Positions 38,828-47,954 of a DNA stretch of 64,000 nucleotides are shown here, piece by piece; position 1 is the stretch's first letter, and the number at the start of each line of letters is the position of its first letter. Position numbers and translations under genes: made by a program. Source of the stretch: an uncultured Chloroflexia bacterium (GTDB taxonomy: Bacteria > Chloroflexota > Limnocylindria > Limnocylindrales > CSP1-4); contig CAVPNC010000015.1 in NCBI GenBank assembly GCA_963706695.1, positions 874-64,873 of the forward strand, given 5' to 3'. The notes below the pieces were generated by a model, which saw nothing but the letters and a program-made list of their open reading frames with translations, had not been told where the DNA came from and made no database searches.

Positions 38828-39901
38828 TCAGGCGGCCAGCTCGTAGGCCTCCGGTACGAGCGGGTAGTGCGAGGTCCGCTTGGCCACCGGGGCCTTGCTG
38901 GGCACGATCCGCAGACGACTCTCGGCCGGCTTGCCCGCGACATCCCGATTGGGCACCGCGTCCGCGGCCATGCCCTCCGCCAACTGGCGGAAGAAGGGGT
39001 CGCCGGTCATGCGGCTGAGCAGTCGCAGCTGCCAGATGTGGATCTGGTGGTACTTGAAGTGGTTCGTTCGGCTGTGCAGCCCATAGAGGCTGACCTTGCC
39101 CTCGCGACGGTACAGCTCACCCCGGTCGCGCACCGTCGTAAGCGCACCCTCGAGCAGGGACCGGGCCTCCGCTGAGCGCGTGTGCTGCCAATACTCGTAG
39201 AGCCCGATGAGCGAGTGCAGGTGGGCGTTGAGGACGTGGTCGGGCCGGCGGCTGGGATAGTGCTCCAGCCAGAGGTAGCCGCCATCGGCCACATACGTGA
39301 CCCACGGTCGGTCGCCGCCGCCCTGCTGTCGCCCGAGACGGCGATAGCTCTCGAAGAGACGCTCAGCGGTCTCGAGGTGGGCCGGGTCTCCGGTGACCCG
39401 GTGCAGGCGCACGAAGAACGAGAGCGCCAGGCCCTGCGACATGGCGTTGAACCACGGGGCCCTGAGGCCCTCGGGTGGATAGTCGAACCAGAAGGGCAGC
39501 CACCACGCATCGTCAGCCTCGACGACCAGGCCCCGCAGGTGATCAGCCTGCACGAGGGCCTGCTCCAGCTGACGCACGTCTCCGGTATCGCGGAAGGCGT
39601 CGATGCGCTTCATGCCGTTGATGGCCACCGAACCAGGTCGGTAGTAGAGGGCCCCGTCGATCCAGCGGAAGAGCGCGATCCCCTGGTTGTCGACCGGCGG
39701 CTGCACCTCGAAGGTGGGCGGCGCGTCGCTCGTCCAGGGCAGCCGATCGAAGGGCAGGTCGACGAGGTCGAACGGCCGATGGTTGTAGGGCGGCGGCTCG
39801 TTGGGCTCGCTCGCATGACCCTCGAGGGGCAGCCACAAGGAGCCCACCGTCGCGAGCAACAGCGCGAGGATGAGCGCCGGGGTTCGCAGGCCTCGATCCA
39901 T
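38828..39901 (-). CDS. D-glucuronyl C5-epimerase family protein, secreted
   Basis: PWFNAMSQG, WLEHYP, HVLNAH..SLIGLYEY and YHQIHIWQL motifs; N-terminal signal peptide. Confidence 0.82.
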   Translation of the reverse strand: MDRGLRTPALILALLLATVGSLWLPLEGHASEPNEPPPYNHRPFDLVDLPFDRLPWTSDAPPTFEVQPPVDNQGIALFRWIDGALYYRPGSVAINGMKRIDAFRDTGDVRQLEQALVQADHLRGLVVEADDAWWLPFWFDYPPEGLRAPWFNAMSQGLALSFFVRLHRVTGDPAHLETAERLFESYRRLGRQQGGGDRPWVTYVADGGYLWLEHYPSRRPDHVLNAHLHSLIGLYEYWQHTRSAEARSLLEGALTTVRDRGELYRREGKVSLYGLHSRTNHFKYHQIHIWQLRLLSRMTGDPFFRQLAEGMAADAVPNRDVAGKPAESRLRIVPSKAPVAKRTSHYPLVPEAYELAA

Positions 39902-39957
39902 GACTTCTCCGTCGTGCGGCGCGGCACCGCACCTTGGGCGTGAGCCTACCGCGACCC

Positions 39958-40075
39958 CTTGATTCGCGCGATCGCGCTACGTGTCCGGGCTCGATCGACC
40001 GACATCGCCGAGCAGCTGGGCATGAGCGCCTCGGGCGTTCGCAGCCGGCTCTCCCGACTCGTCGAACGCCTCAGG
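39958..40075 (+). pseudogene. Remnant of ECF sigma factor region 4
   Basis: With small indels it reads LDSRDR..RYVSGLD.TDIAEQLGMSASGVRSRLSRLVERLR; region 2 is absent. Confidence 0.55.
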
Positions 40076-40134
40076 GGATCGACGTCGGTTGGGGGCGCGG
40101 TCGGAGTACCGACGCATGGCGTCGGCGAGACGTG

Positions 40135-40256
40135 CAAGGGAACGCGTCGAGGGCCTGGAGGAGGAGAGATGAGGCCCTCGACGCGTCTCCCAAAGGGAGG
40201 GAGTGGCCGGAGCGCTCGTGCGGAGCGCCAGAACGTGCCCGGCCGTGTCGCCCTTA
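40135..40256 (-). ncRNA. Candidate small RNA with C/U-rich (anti-Shine-Dalgarno-like) loops
   Basis: Upstream GGAAC-N17-CCTCTA; first stem-loop 40205-40244; CUCCCUCCC linker; 15-bp perfect stem 40142-40186 with loop CAUCUCUCCUCCUCC; pyrimidine tail. Confidence 0.45.
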
Positions 40257-40383
40257 CTCATATAGAGGCGCGAGCGGGCCGAATCGTTCCATCGCGGCGA
40301 AAGAACCTCGTCCATCGCGGCGAGAAGGGCGCATCCGGCTGGCCTCGGGGCCCGATCCGGGCGGGACCGCGTCCGCCCGTGGT

Positions 40384-41136
40384 TCAGCCGGCCGGCGGCG
40401 ACTCCTGCGGATCACGCGCCATCAGCTCCGTGGCCAAGGCCACCTCGATGAGACCCACGATCCCGCCGATCAGCGCGGACACCAGCCATGAGGCCGTGAC
40501 CTCGATCCAGAAGCCGGAGTGATGGGTGGCCTGGTGCACGAGCTCGTGGATGAGCAGCTCGGCGGCGATCAGGGCCACGACCAGCACCAGCACCGGGCGC
40601 CAGGCTCGGCGGCTCAAACGGAAGGTGCGGGCGAAGCCATCGACGAGGCCGTGACGCTCCTGCACGATGACCGGGCCCACGAGGGCGAACAGGGTCGCCC
40701 ACACGATGCCGGGCACGACGAAGAGCGCCAGTCCGACGGTGGTGCCCCCGATCAGGACGAGGTCAGCGACCAGCAGGCGGCCCCACGGCAGCGTGCGCAC
40801 GATCGTGCCGAACCGCAGGCGATGGCCCTTGAAGTATTCCTGGCCGACGGCCTCGTCGAGATAGCCGGCATAGACCACCGGGCCGAAGAGCCGGATGAGC
40901 GTGACCGCCAGGAGCCCCGCGACGAATCCCAGCCCGCGGATCAGGCCCGGGTCCGCTTCGAGCGAATCGCGGAGGCCCCGCAGGGACGCGGCCAGCAGTG
41001 GGGGCGGCACGAACAGCACCAGCGCCACCAGCGCGACACGCCAGTAGTGCTGACGGAACATGCCCCACGCCTCGCGCAGGACGCGACCGTAGGTGAGCGG
41101 CCCCTCCCCCGCCACGTATCTCGAGTGCCCGCTCAT
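40384..41136 (-). CDS. Integral membrane hypothetical protein
   Basis: Five to six hydrophobic segments; TAGCCT 6 nt before the ATG. Confidence 0.7.
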   Translation of the reverse strand: MSGHSRYVAGEGPLTYGRVLREAWGMFRQHYWRVALVALVLFVPPPLLAASLRGLRDSLEADPGLIRGLGFVAGLLAVTLIRLFGPVVYAGYLDEAVGQEYFKGHRLRFGTIVRTLPWGRLLVADLVLIGGTTVGLALFVVPGIVWATLFALVGPVIVQERHGLVDGFARTFRLSRRAWRPVLVLVVALIAAELLIHELVHQATHHSGFWIEVTASWLVSALIGGIVGLIEVALATELMARDPQESPPAG

Positions 41137-41163
41137 GCAGGGAGGCTACACGGCGGCAGCGCC

Positions 41164-41898
41164 TCAGGGGCGGCGCTGCAACGTGAGGTAGGTGAGCCCC
41201 AGGGCCACCACGCACCAGCCGGTGAGCAGGATGAAGGGGCCGCTGGTGAGGGCGAAGGTGTCGGCGGCGAGCGAACCTCGGATGACCTCCCCCATGGCCT
41301 GCACCGGCAACACCGCATGGACCTGCTGCAGCCACTCGGGCAGACGCTCGGCGGGATAGTTGATGGGCGAGAAGATGAGCACGCCGATGACCAGCATCTG
41401 CGTCAGGAGCATGGCCACCATGGGAGGCAGCAGCGAGGCCATGGCGTAGCCGATCGCGGCCGCGGTCGTGGCCACGAGCAGGACGGCCGGGATGATGGCC
41501 AGGCTCATCGACAGCGTCAGATCGAACGCCCACGCGCCCACCGCGACAGCGAAGACCACGCCCGGCAGCACCATCGCCAGCCAGACGGTGAGATCGGCTC
41601 CGAGGAAGACCATGCGCGGCACCGGCAGGCTGCGCATGTACTCGAGCGTGCCCTCGATCTTGCCCTGCGAGACGACCTGGGGCAGTGCCACCAGGCCCAT
41701 CGTGATGAGCGTGATGGCGGGTGCGCCCGTGGCCAGGAAGAGCACGGTCGTCTCGTCGAGCTCGGGGAACAGCAGCGGGTAGCCCACGACGATGCCGAAG
41801 GCGAACATCACCTGCACCACGATGGCGAGAGGCAAGAAGGATCGGAGGCGGAGCGACTGCCACGTGACGAGCAACCGGTAGCTACGCAGCGTGTGCAC
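41164..41898 (-). CDS. ABC-2 type exporter permease
   Basis: GTLEYMRSLPV, FSPINYP..RLPEWL, about six TM segments; GGAGG RBS before GTG. Confidence 0.88.
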   Translation of the reverse strand: MHTLRSYRLLVTWQSLRLRSFLPLAIVVQVMFAFGIVVGYPLLFPELDETTVLFLATGAPAITLITMGLVALPQVVSQGKIEGTLEYMRSLPVPRMVFLGADLTVWLAMVLPGVVFAVAVGAWAFDLTLSMSLAIIPAVLLVATTAAAIGYAMASLLPPMVAMLLTQMLVIGVLIFSPINYPAERLPEWLQQVHAVLPVQAMGEVIRGSLAADTFALTSGPFILLTGWCVVALGLTYLTLQRRP

Positions 41899-42880
41899 GG
41901 GAGACCTCCTCGGGTGCGGCCGCAGGCGCCTCTGCCGGGGCCTTGGTGGGCATCTTCGAGACGAGATCGACGTAGACGTCTTCGAGCGACGCGGGCGTGA
42001 GCGAGAACTCACCCACGATCTGCTGCTGGCGCAGCCGCTGGGCCCATTCGATGGCGGCGGCTGCCTCCGAGGACGCCACGATGGCCCGCGCTCGTGTCCC
42101 ACTGGACTGGTAGCGGACGATGAACGGCGCGTGCGCGGGTGCGGTCCGTCCTGGCTCGAGGGTCAGGTCCAGGCGCAGCTCGTGCTCGAGGCCGGCCTTC
42201 ATCTGCGCAGGCGTACCCTCGGCCACGACGCGTCCGGCGTCGAGGACGGCCAGCCGGTCCACGGCACGCTCGGCCTCGCTCACGTTGTGGGTGACGAGCA
42301 GGACGGTGCTGCCCTCATCCGCCAGCGCGCGCACGGCCGCCCACAGCAGGCGGCGACGGACCGGATCGACGTCGTTCGTCGGCTCATCCAGCACGACCAC
42401 GCGCCCTGGCACGACCGCGGCCATAGCGAACGAGACCAACCGCTTCACTCCTCCGGACAGCTGCTCCCCGTCCGTCTCGAGCCACTCACCGATGTCCAGC
42501 GCCTCCACCAGCGCGGCTCGGCGGGCCCGCACCCGGGAGGCCTCCCCGCCACGGATGCGGCCGATGAGGTCGATGGCCTGGCGCGGCTTGAGACCGGTGA
42601 TGGGCAGCTGTGCCTGCGGCTGCAAGGAGCACACCTCGCGTGCGTGAGCCGGATCAGCCACGAGGTCGATCCCGTCGACGTGGATGGTGCCGGCGTCAGG
42701 CTTGAGCAGTCCCACGATCTGGTTCACCAACGTGGTCTTGCCGGCACCGTTGTGGCCGAGCAGGCCGTAGACCTGGCCAGCGGCCACCTTCAGCGTGATG
42801 CCATCGTTGGCACGGATGGCCCCCGCTCGGCGGAATCGTCCGCGGTAGGACTTCCTGATGTCGTGGATCTCCAGCAGCAT
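41882..42880 (-). CDS. ABC exporter ATP-binding protein
   Basis: GHNGAGKT, LSGG, LDEPTNDVDP, VTH and SLEDVY motifs. Confidence 0.92.
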   Translation of the reverse strand: MLLEIHDIRKSYRGRFRRAGAIRANDGITLKVAAGQVYGLLGHNGAGKTTLVNQIVGLLKPDAGTIHVDGIDLVADPAHAREVCSLQPQAQLPITGLKPRQAIDLIGRIRGGEASRVRARRAALVEALDIGEWLETDGEQLSGGVKRLVSFAMAAVVPGRVVVLDEPTNDVDPVRRRLLWAAVRALADEGSTVLLVTHNVSEAERAVDRLAVLDAGRVVAEGTPAQMKAGLEHELRLDLTLEPGRTAPAHAPFIVRYQSSGTRARAIVASSEAAAAIEWAQRLRQQQIVGEFSLTPASLEDVYVDLVSKMPTKAPAEAPAAAPEEVSRAHAA

Positions 42881-42926
42881 GGCTCCCTCAGGTCCTTGTC
42901 GTTGCGTTCTTGGTAGGGAACTTCGG

Positions 42927-42994
42927 ATACCGTCCAGTATCTACATACTGACCAGAATGTCAATACCACCAGGTATCGTCATACCCGGTGGTAT
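42927..42994. promoter_or_regulatory. Four tandem palindromic operators ATAC-N6-GTAT
   Basis: Sites start at 42927, 42945 (GAAT variant), 42963 and 42981; they overlap a minus-strand TTGACA (42963-42958) and a plus-strand TG-N-TATCCT. Confidence 0.75.
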
Positions 42995-43004
42995 CCTTTC
43001 CTCC

Positions 43005-43823
43005 ATGTCCAAGGAGACGAAGGCCGATCAGGCCATCCGCGACGCCGCTGACGAGATCGGGCGCGAGACCCGCGCTGCCGCCGCCGAGGTTCGCCTCGGT
43101 CTCGACGTCGCCAAGCGCGAGACGAAAGCGGCCCTGCGCGAAGCCATGACCGAGCTGCGTCTCACGCTCGGCGAGATCTGGGAACCAGAGTGGTCGGCGA
43201 GGGCTGACTCCTCGGCTTCGACGGGTGGTCGCCTGTCACGGGCGCAGCGCAAGGAGCTGACCCGTGAGCTGCTCCTCGACGCCGCCATCGGGGTCTTCGC
43301 GGAGAAGGGCTACCACGGCGCATCACTCGATGACGTCGCGGACGCGGCTGGGTTCACCAAGGGCGCGGTCTACTCCAACTTCACGCGCAAGTCGGACCTC
43401 TTCCGCGCGCTCCTGGAGCGTGAGACGAGTCGCTACGACGAAGCCCTGACCCAGACGGTCCAGGCCGTGCCGCTCGAGCTGCTGCCCGATGTGGCCGCGG
43501 AGCTGCTGGCCGATCCCGAGTCCGACCCGGAGACGCGCACGCTGCTTGTCGAGTTCTGGCTGGCGGCCGTGCGTGACGCCAGCCTGCGTCCGCTCCTCCT
43601 GCGCACGAGGGACCTCGTGGGTGCGGCCTTCGGAACGAAGCTGGCCGACGCCGGCGCTGATCCCGGCTTCGACAGCCGGGAGCTGGCGCTGCTCTTCGAG
43701 GCGCTCGTGACCGGGCTCCTCATGGACCGTGCGCTCGATCCCGACGGCGAGCAACCGGAGCTGCTGGCACGAGCCTTGCGCAAGCTGCTGGCCGCGGACA
43801 CGCTGGAGGCGAGCGCCGACTAG
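43005..43823 (+). CDS. TetR/AcrR-family regulator with N-terminal extension
   Basis: LLDAAIGVFAEKGYHGASLDDVADAAGFTKGAVYSNF HTH; divergent from the ABC exporter. Confidence 0.9.
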   Translation: MSKETKADQAIRDAADEIGRETRAAAAEVRLGLDVAKRETKAALREAMTELRLTLGEIWEPEWSARADSSASTGGRLSRAQRKELTRELLLDAAIGVFAEKGYHGASLDDVADAAGFTKGAVYSNFTRKSDLFRALLERETSRYDEALTQTVQAVPLELLPDVAAELLADPESDPETRTLLVEFWLAAVRDASLRPLLLRTRDLVGAAFGTKLADAGADPGFDSRELALLFEALVTGLLMDRALDPDGEQPELLARALRKLLAADTLEASAD

Positions 43824-44455
43824 TCCTTCGCAGGGCTCGACCCACGGCGGACCATCGTCAGCGCTTCCCACTCGGCGGTCATGGGCACGACGTCCGCCAC
43901 GACGTAGCCAAGACGCTCGTAGAAGCGCTCGAGGGAAGGCCTGCCCGGATCGGTCCACCGGATGGTCTCCAGGTAGGACACCTTGCCGTCGCGATCACAA
44001 CGCTCGTGAAAGGCATCCATGAGGGCCCTGCCCACACCCTGGGAGCGCGCGCTCGACGAGACCCCGATCGATGGCAGGTGACGATGGGCTGAGGTGGGGT
44101 GGGCCCGCTCGATGCGTCCGAACATGCGCATGGCACGCACGACTCGCGGACCCGCGATGCGCATGAAGCTGAGCACCCGGCCCGGGCTGACACTGGAGCA
44201 GCTGGGCGAATCGACGTAGGTCAAGGCCCCCACGACCTGGCCGTCCAGCTCGGCCGCGAGGGCGTCGATCGGCGAGGACGGATCGAACTCCATGACGAAC
44301 AAGCGCCGCAGCCTTGACCGCGCGCCTTCGTCGTGACCCACCAGCACGCGCATCGCCGGGAAGTCGAGGAAGGCATCGGTGAGCAGCTCGACGGCGAGAT
44401 CGTCCTCGATCGGACGTCGCAGGTCGCGCACGCTGAGCGTGCCGGGGGGCAGCAT
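43820..44455 (-). CDS. GNAT-family N-acetyltransferase
   Basis: IGVSSSARSQGVGRALM, YLET and FYERLGY motifs. Confidence 0.85.
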   Translation of the reverse strand: MLPPGTLSVRDLRRPIEDDLAVELLTDAFLDFPAMRVLVGHDEGARSRLRRLFVMEFDPSSPIDALAAELDGQVVGALTYVDSPSCSSVSPGRVLSFMRIAGPRVVRAMRMFGRIERAHPTSAHRHLPSIGVSSSARSQGVGRALMDAFHERCDRDGKVSYLETIRWTDPGRPSLERFYERLGYVVADVVPMTAEWEALTMVRRGSSPAKD

Positions 44456-44587
44456 CGGCGGAGGGTAGCACCGGGCAGCGTGGCCCAACCGCGGGACCAC
44501 GCATACTGGTGCCATGCATCCGACACGCACGGGTCCCTCCGCACTCATCGGGGCCTGCACCGCCGCGCTCAACCACGGTGACGCGTC

Positions 44588-45433
44588 GTGAGGACGGTCG
44601 TGACGGGAGGCTCGGGCAAGGCTGGCCGCTGGGTCGTGCGCCACCTTCGGGCGGCCGGGCACGAGGTCCTCAACGTCGATCTGTCACACGACGGCAGCCC
44701 CCACGGCCAGTGCCTCGTGGCGGACCTGACCGACCCGGGCCAGACCTTCGATTCGCTCCATGGCGCCCAGGCGGTCGTCCACCTCGCTGCCATTCCGGCG
44801 CCGGCGATCCGACCGGCCTCGGAGACGTTCCGCCTCAACATGCTCTCGACGTACAACGTCTTCGCGGCTGCCGAGGCGCACGGGCTTGAGCGCGTGGTCT
44901 ACGCCTCGAGCGAGACGGTCCTGGGCCTGCCCTTCGACGAGCCGCCCGCGTTCGCTCCTGTCGATGAGACGCACCCTCCGCGCCCGGAGTCGTCGTACTC
45001 CCTGGCCAAGCTGGCAGGCGAGACGATCGCAGAGCAGTTCGCGCGACGTACGGGCGTGCCACACCTCGGCCTGCGCATCTCGAACATCATGGAGCCAGCG
45101 GACTACGGGGCCTTCCCGAGCTACTGGGAGGACCCAAGGCTGCGCAAGTGGAACCTGTGGGGCTACGTCGACGCCCGCGACGTGGCCATGGCCTGCGAGC
45201 TGGGTCTGACCGCAGATGTCACCGGTCACGAGGTCTGCATCATCGCCGCCGCTGACACGTGCATGACCAGGGACAGCCGGGACCTCATGTATGAGGTCTA
45301 TCCGCGGGTCGCCCTGAAGCGCGAGCTGCGCGGCCGGGAGACGTTGCTGGCGATCGATCGCGCGCGAGCGATCCTGGGCTACGAGCCTCGCCATACCTGG
45401 GCTGACGAGGTCGACGCTCCAGTCGTCACCTGA
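44588..45433 (+). CDS. NAD-dependent epimerase/dehydratase
   Basis: VTGGSGKAG, VVHLAA, YASS and YSLAK motifs. Confidence 0.9.
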   Translation: MRTVVTGGSGKAGRWVVRHLRAAGHEVLNVDLSHDGSPHGQCLVADLTDPGQTFDSLHGAQAVVHLAAIPAPAIRPASETFRLNMLSTYNVFAAAEAHGLERVVYASSETVLGLPFDEPPAFAPVDETHPPRPESSYSLAKLAGETIAEQFARRTGVPHLGLRISNIMEPADYGAFPSYWEDPRLRKWNLWGYVDARDVAMACELGLTADVTGHEVCIIAAADTCMTRDSRDLMYEVYPRVALKRELRGRETLLAIDRARAILGYEPRHTWADEVDAPVVT

Positions 45434-45444
45434 CCGGGGTGGGC

Positions 45445-46095
45445 TCAGTCCTGGCCCAGCTCCGGATACTTCGGCACCTGCACGATGCCCAGCGTGTCCA
45501 GCGGGAAGAAGCGCAGCCAGGCGCGACCGACCACATCGTCCTCGGACACCAGGCCGACGGAGACGTTGCGCGAGTCGGTGGAACGCTGGCGGTGGTCGCC
45601 GAGCACGAAGAGCTGGCCCTCGGGCACGTCCCACTCAGCACCGCCGTTCTTGGCCACGGTGGGTTCGTTCTGTCCGGGCGCGGGGTAGGTGTAGGCGTCT
45701 TCATCGAGCAGGACGCCGTTGATGCTGACCCGCCCGCCGGCGATCTGGACACGGTCGCCGCCGATACCGATGACGCGCTTGATGTAGGGCGTCTCGTCGG
45801 TGTCACCGTTGGGGTGGAAGACGATGATATCCCCGCGTGAGTAGCCGCCGAACCGCGGCGTGAGCTTGTCGATGAGGAGGTGCTCACCCGACTGCAGCGT
45901 GTTCTGCATCGACGTCTGCTCGACGCGGAAGGTCTGCACGATGAAGGTCGTGATGATGAGATAGAGGACGATGGCCAGACCGACGGTCGTGACGATCTCG
46001 ATGACGCCGTCCTTGACCCTGGAACGTTTGCTGGGCTGCTCCTGGGCGCTGGGCATCTCTGGTGTTGTGAGATAGGGTGCGGGCTCGCCCGTCAA
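45445..46095 (-). CDS. lepB: Signal peptidase I
   Basis: TM segment, SMQNTL, RGDIIVF, YIKRVIG, LGDHR..STDSR; start uncertain (46056 alternative). Confidence 0.9.
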   Translation of the reverse strand: MTGEPAPYLTTPEMPSAQEQPSKRSRVKDGVIEIVTTVGLAIVLYLIITTFIVQTFRVEQTSMQNTLQSGEHLLIDKLTPRFGGYSRGDIIVFHPNGDTDETPYIKRVIGIGGDRVQIAGGRVSINGVLLDEDAYTYPAPGQNEPTVAKNGGAEWDVPEGQLFVLGDHRQRSTDSRNVSVGLVSEDDVVGRAWLRFFPLDTLGIVQVPKYPELGQD

Positions 46096-46204
46096 GTGTT
46101 CACCTCTGGCGGTAGGGCATGCGCCGGGTGTGCAGGCGCTGGGACCTCAAGGTTAGCCGCTTCCACCGTTCTGCTGCAGGGGCGCGCCTGACCTGCTCGA
46201 GCCC

Positions 46205-47347
46205 TCAGACGTCCGTCTGCTCCTCGGTGACCTCGAGTGGGTCCTCGCTCTCGGCCGGGGCCACCTCCGGCCCGGCGGTCTCGACCAGCTCCCACACGTC
46301 GTTCTTGGCGCCGGACGCGGCCTCCCCACCGAAGAGGAGCAGCCGGCCGCGCTCGGCGTCGGTGATGAGCGTGCCCGCGTAGCGACCTGCAGGGTGGCTG
46401 CCATCGACCGAGACGCGCTCGAACTCGAGGGTCTCGCGATCCACGCGCCAGAGATCGGCCAGCTCGGCGTTGTCCTCCCCGGCTCCGCCGAAGACGTAGG
46501 CGTAGCCACCAGCCTCGGTCACGCCGTAGAGCCGGCGTGGCGGGGCCTTGGGGTCGTCGTGTCGGTCCCACTCGCGCTCGCGGCCCAGGCTCCACAGGTC
46601 CCCCAGGGCGAAGCTGCCGTCGTCCTGACCGCCGTAGAGGACGAGGTCGCCGGCGATGGTGGTGAAGCACTCGTGCAGGCAACGCTCACCGGGCTTGCGG
46701 CCATCGGGCGTGATGACGGCCCAGCGCTTGCTCTTGAGGTTGTAGGCGCGCGTGTCGTCGAAGCGACCGGCGAAGGTGAACCCATGGCTGATCCAGAGTC
46801 GCCCATCCGGTCCCACGACCATGCACGAACCGTACCGCCGTTTGGGTACCTGGCCCTTGGCCGGCAGCTCGCGCCAGCGCCCATTCTGGGGATCGAAGGC
46901 CCACAGGTCGTCGAAGAAGTCCACGCCTCGCTGACCGGCGAAGACGACCATGCCGTAGTCGTCGACCCAGACGGCGTTGTGGCCGAAACGCGGGTCGGGC
47001 TTGGGCCCCTTGGGCGAGATCTTCTTCCACGAGTCCCTGATCAGGTCGTAGCGCCAGAGGTCGCCGAGCTCACGACCGCCGCTGCGGCCACCGAAGAGAT
47101 AGGCGAAACGCCCCTCGGTATCGACGGTCCAGGTGTGGTCCTCCCGAGCCGGAGGACCGTCGCCCGCCGCCACCTTGCGCCACGTGGGCTCGGCGAAGAC
47201 GAGGGTATCGCTCACCATCTCCGGCTCCGCCGTCACGGCCGGCGTCGGTGGAGGGCTAAGCTCGGGTTCCGCCTGGGCGAGCGCATTGCCCCCCAGCGCG
47301 GAGAGACTGAAGGCCAGCATCAGGCTGGTCGTGATCATCCTGCGCAT
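46205..47347 (-). CDS. Secreted Kelch-repeat beta-propeller protein
   Basis: Signal peptide; six P..R..H/(LF)GG...DLW-type repeats. Confidence 0.85.
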   Translation of the reverse strand: MRRMITTSLMLAFSLSALGGNALAQAEPELSPPPTPAVTAEPEMVSDTLVFAEPTWRKVAAGDGPPAREDHTWTVDTEGRFAYLFGGRSGGRELGDLWRYDLIRDSWKKISPKGPKPDPRFGHNAVWVDDYGMVVFAGQRGVDFFDDLWAFDPQNGRWRELPAKGQVPKRRYGSCMVVGPDGRLWISHGFTFAGRFDDTRAYNLKSKRWAVITPDGRKPGERCLHECFTTIAGDLVLYGGQDDGSFALGDLWSLGREREWDRHDDPKAPPRRLYGVTEAGGYAYVFGGAGEDNAELADLWRVDRETLEFERVSVDGSHPAGRYAGTLITDAERGRLLLFGGEAASGAKNDVWELVETAGPEVAPAESEDPLEVTEEQTDV

Positions 47348-47475
47348 GGCCAGCGATGCTGCCTCCCCTGCGTGACGTGGCGATGACGTGGCTGGAACCG
47401 GCCCGGCAGCCAGCGTAGGCTATCCCCATCCGCTGAGGGACGGCAACTGTCCCAGCGACATCGTGGAGGGTAGAG

Positions 47476-47850
47476 ATGATCAAGGAGTTCCGGGAGTTCC
47501 TGCTCCGAGGCAACGTCGTCGACCTGGCCGTGGCCGTCGTCATCGGCACCGCCTTCGCGGCCATCACGGTCTCGCTCGTGGAGGACATCATCACGCCCCT
47601 GCTGGGCCTGCTGGGCATCCCGGACTTCTCGACCTGGACCATCCAGGTCGGTGACGCCGAGATGCGCATCGGCAACTTCCTCAACACGCTGATCTCGTTC
47701 ATCACCATCGCGGCCGCCATCTTCTTCCTGGTGGTGAAGCCGATGAACGCCCTCAACGCCAGGCGCTCGTCGGACGAGGAAGAAGAGGACGAGGGTCCCA
47801 CGGAGATCGAGCTGCTGACCGAGATCCGCGACGAGCTGCGCAAGAGCTGA
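47476..47850 (+). CDS. mscL: Large-conductance mechanosensitive channel
   Basis: EFREFLLRGNVVDLAVAVVIG and LLTEIRDEL motifs. Confidence 0.95.
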   Translation: MIKEFREFLLRGNVVDLAVAVVIGTAFAAITVSLVEDIITPLLGLLGIPDFSTWTIQVGDAEMRIGNFLNTLISFITIAAAIFFLVVKPMNALNARRSSDEEEEDEGPTEIELLTEIRDELRKS

Positions 47851-47872
47851 GCGAACCCACCAGCTATGAGTA

Positions 47873-47930
47873 GCGGGCGCCTTTCGGCGCCCGCCTGCTG
47901 ATCGAGGGGGCGCCGGGAACGGCGCCCCCT
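47873..47930. terminator. Two hairpins between convergent mscL and rplY
   Basis: GCGGGCGCC-TTTC-GGCGCCCGC (47873-47894) and AGGGGGCGCCG-GGAA-CGGCGCCCCCT (47905-47930). Confidence 0.6.
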
Positions 47931-47954
47931 GTCGCTGGAACGCTGAGATACGTC

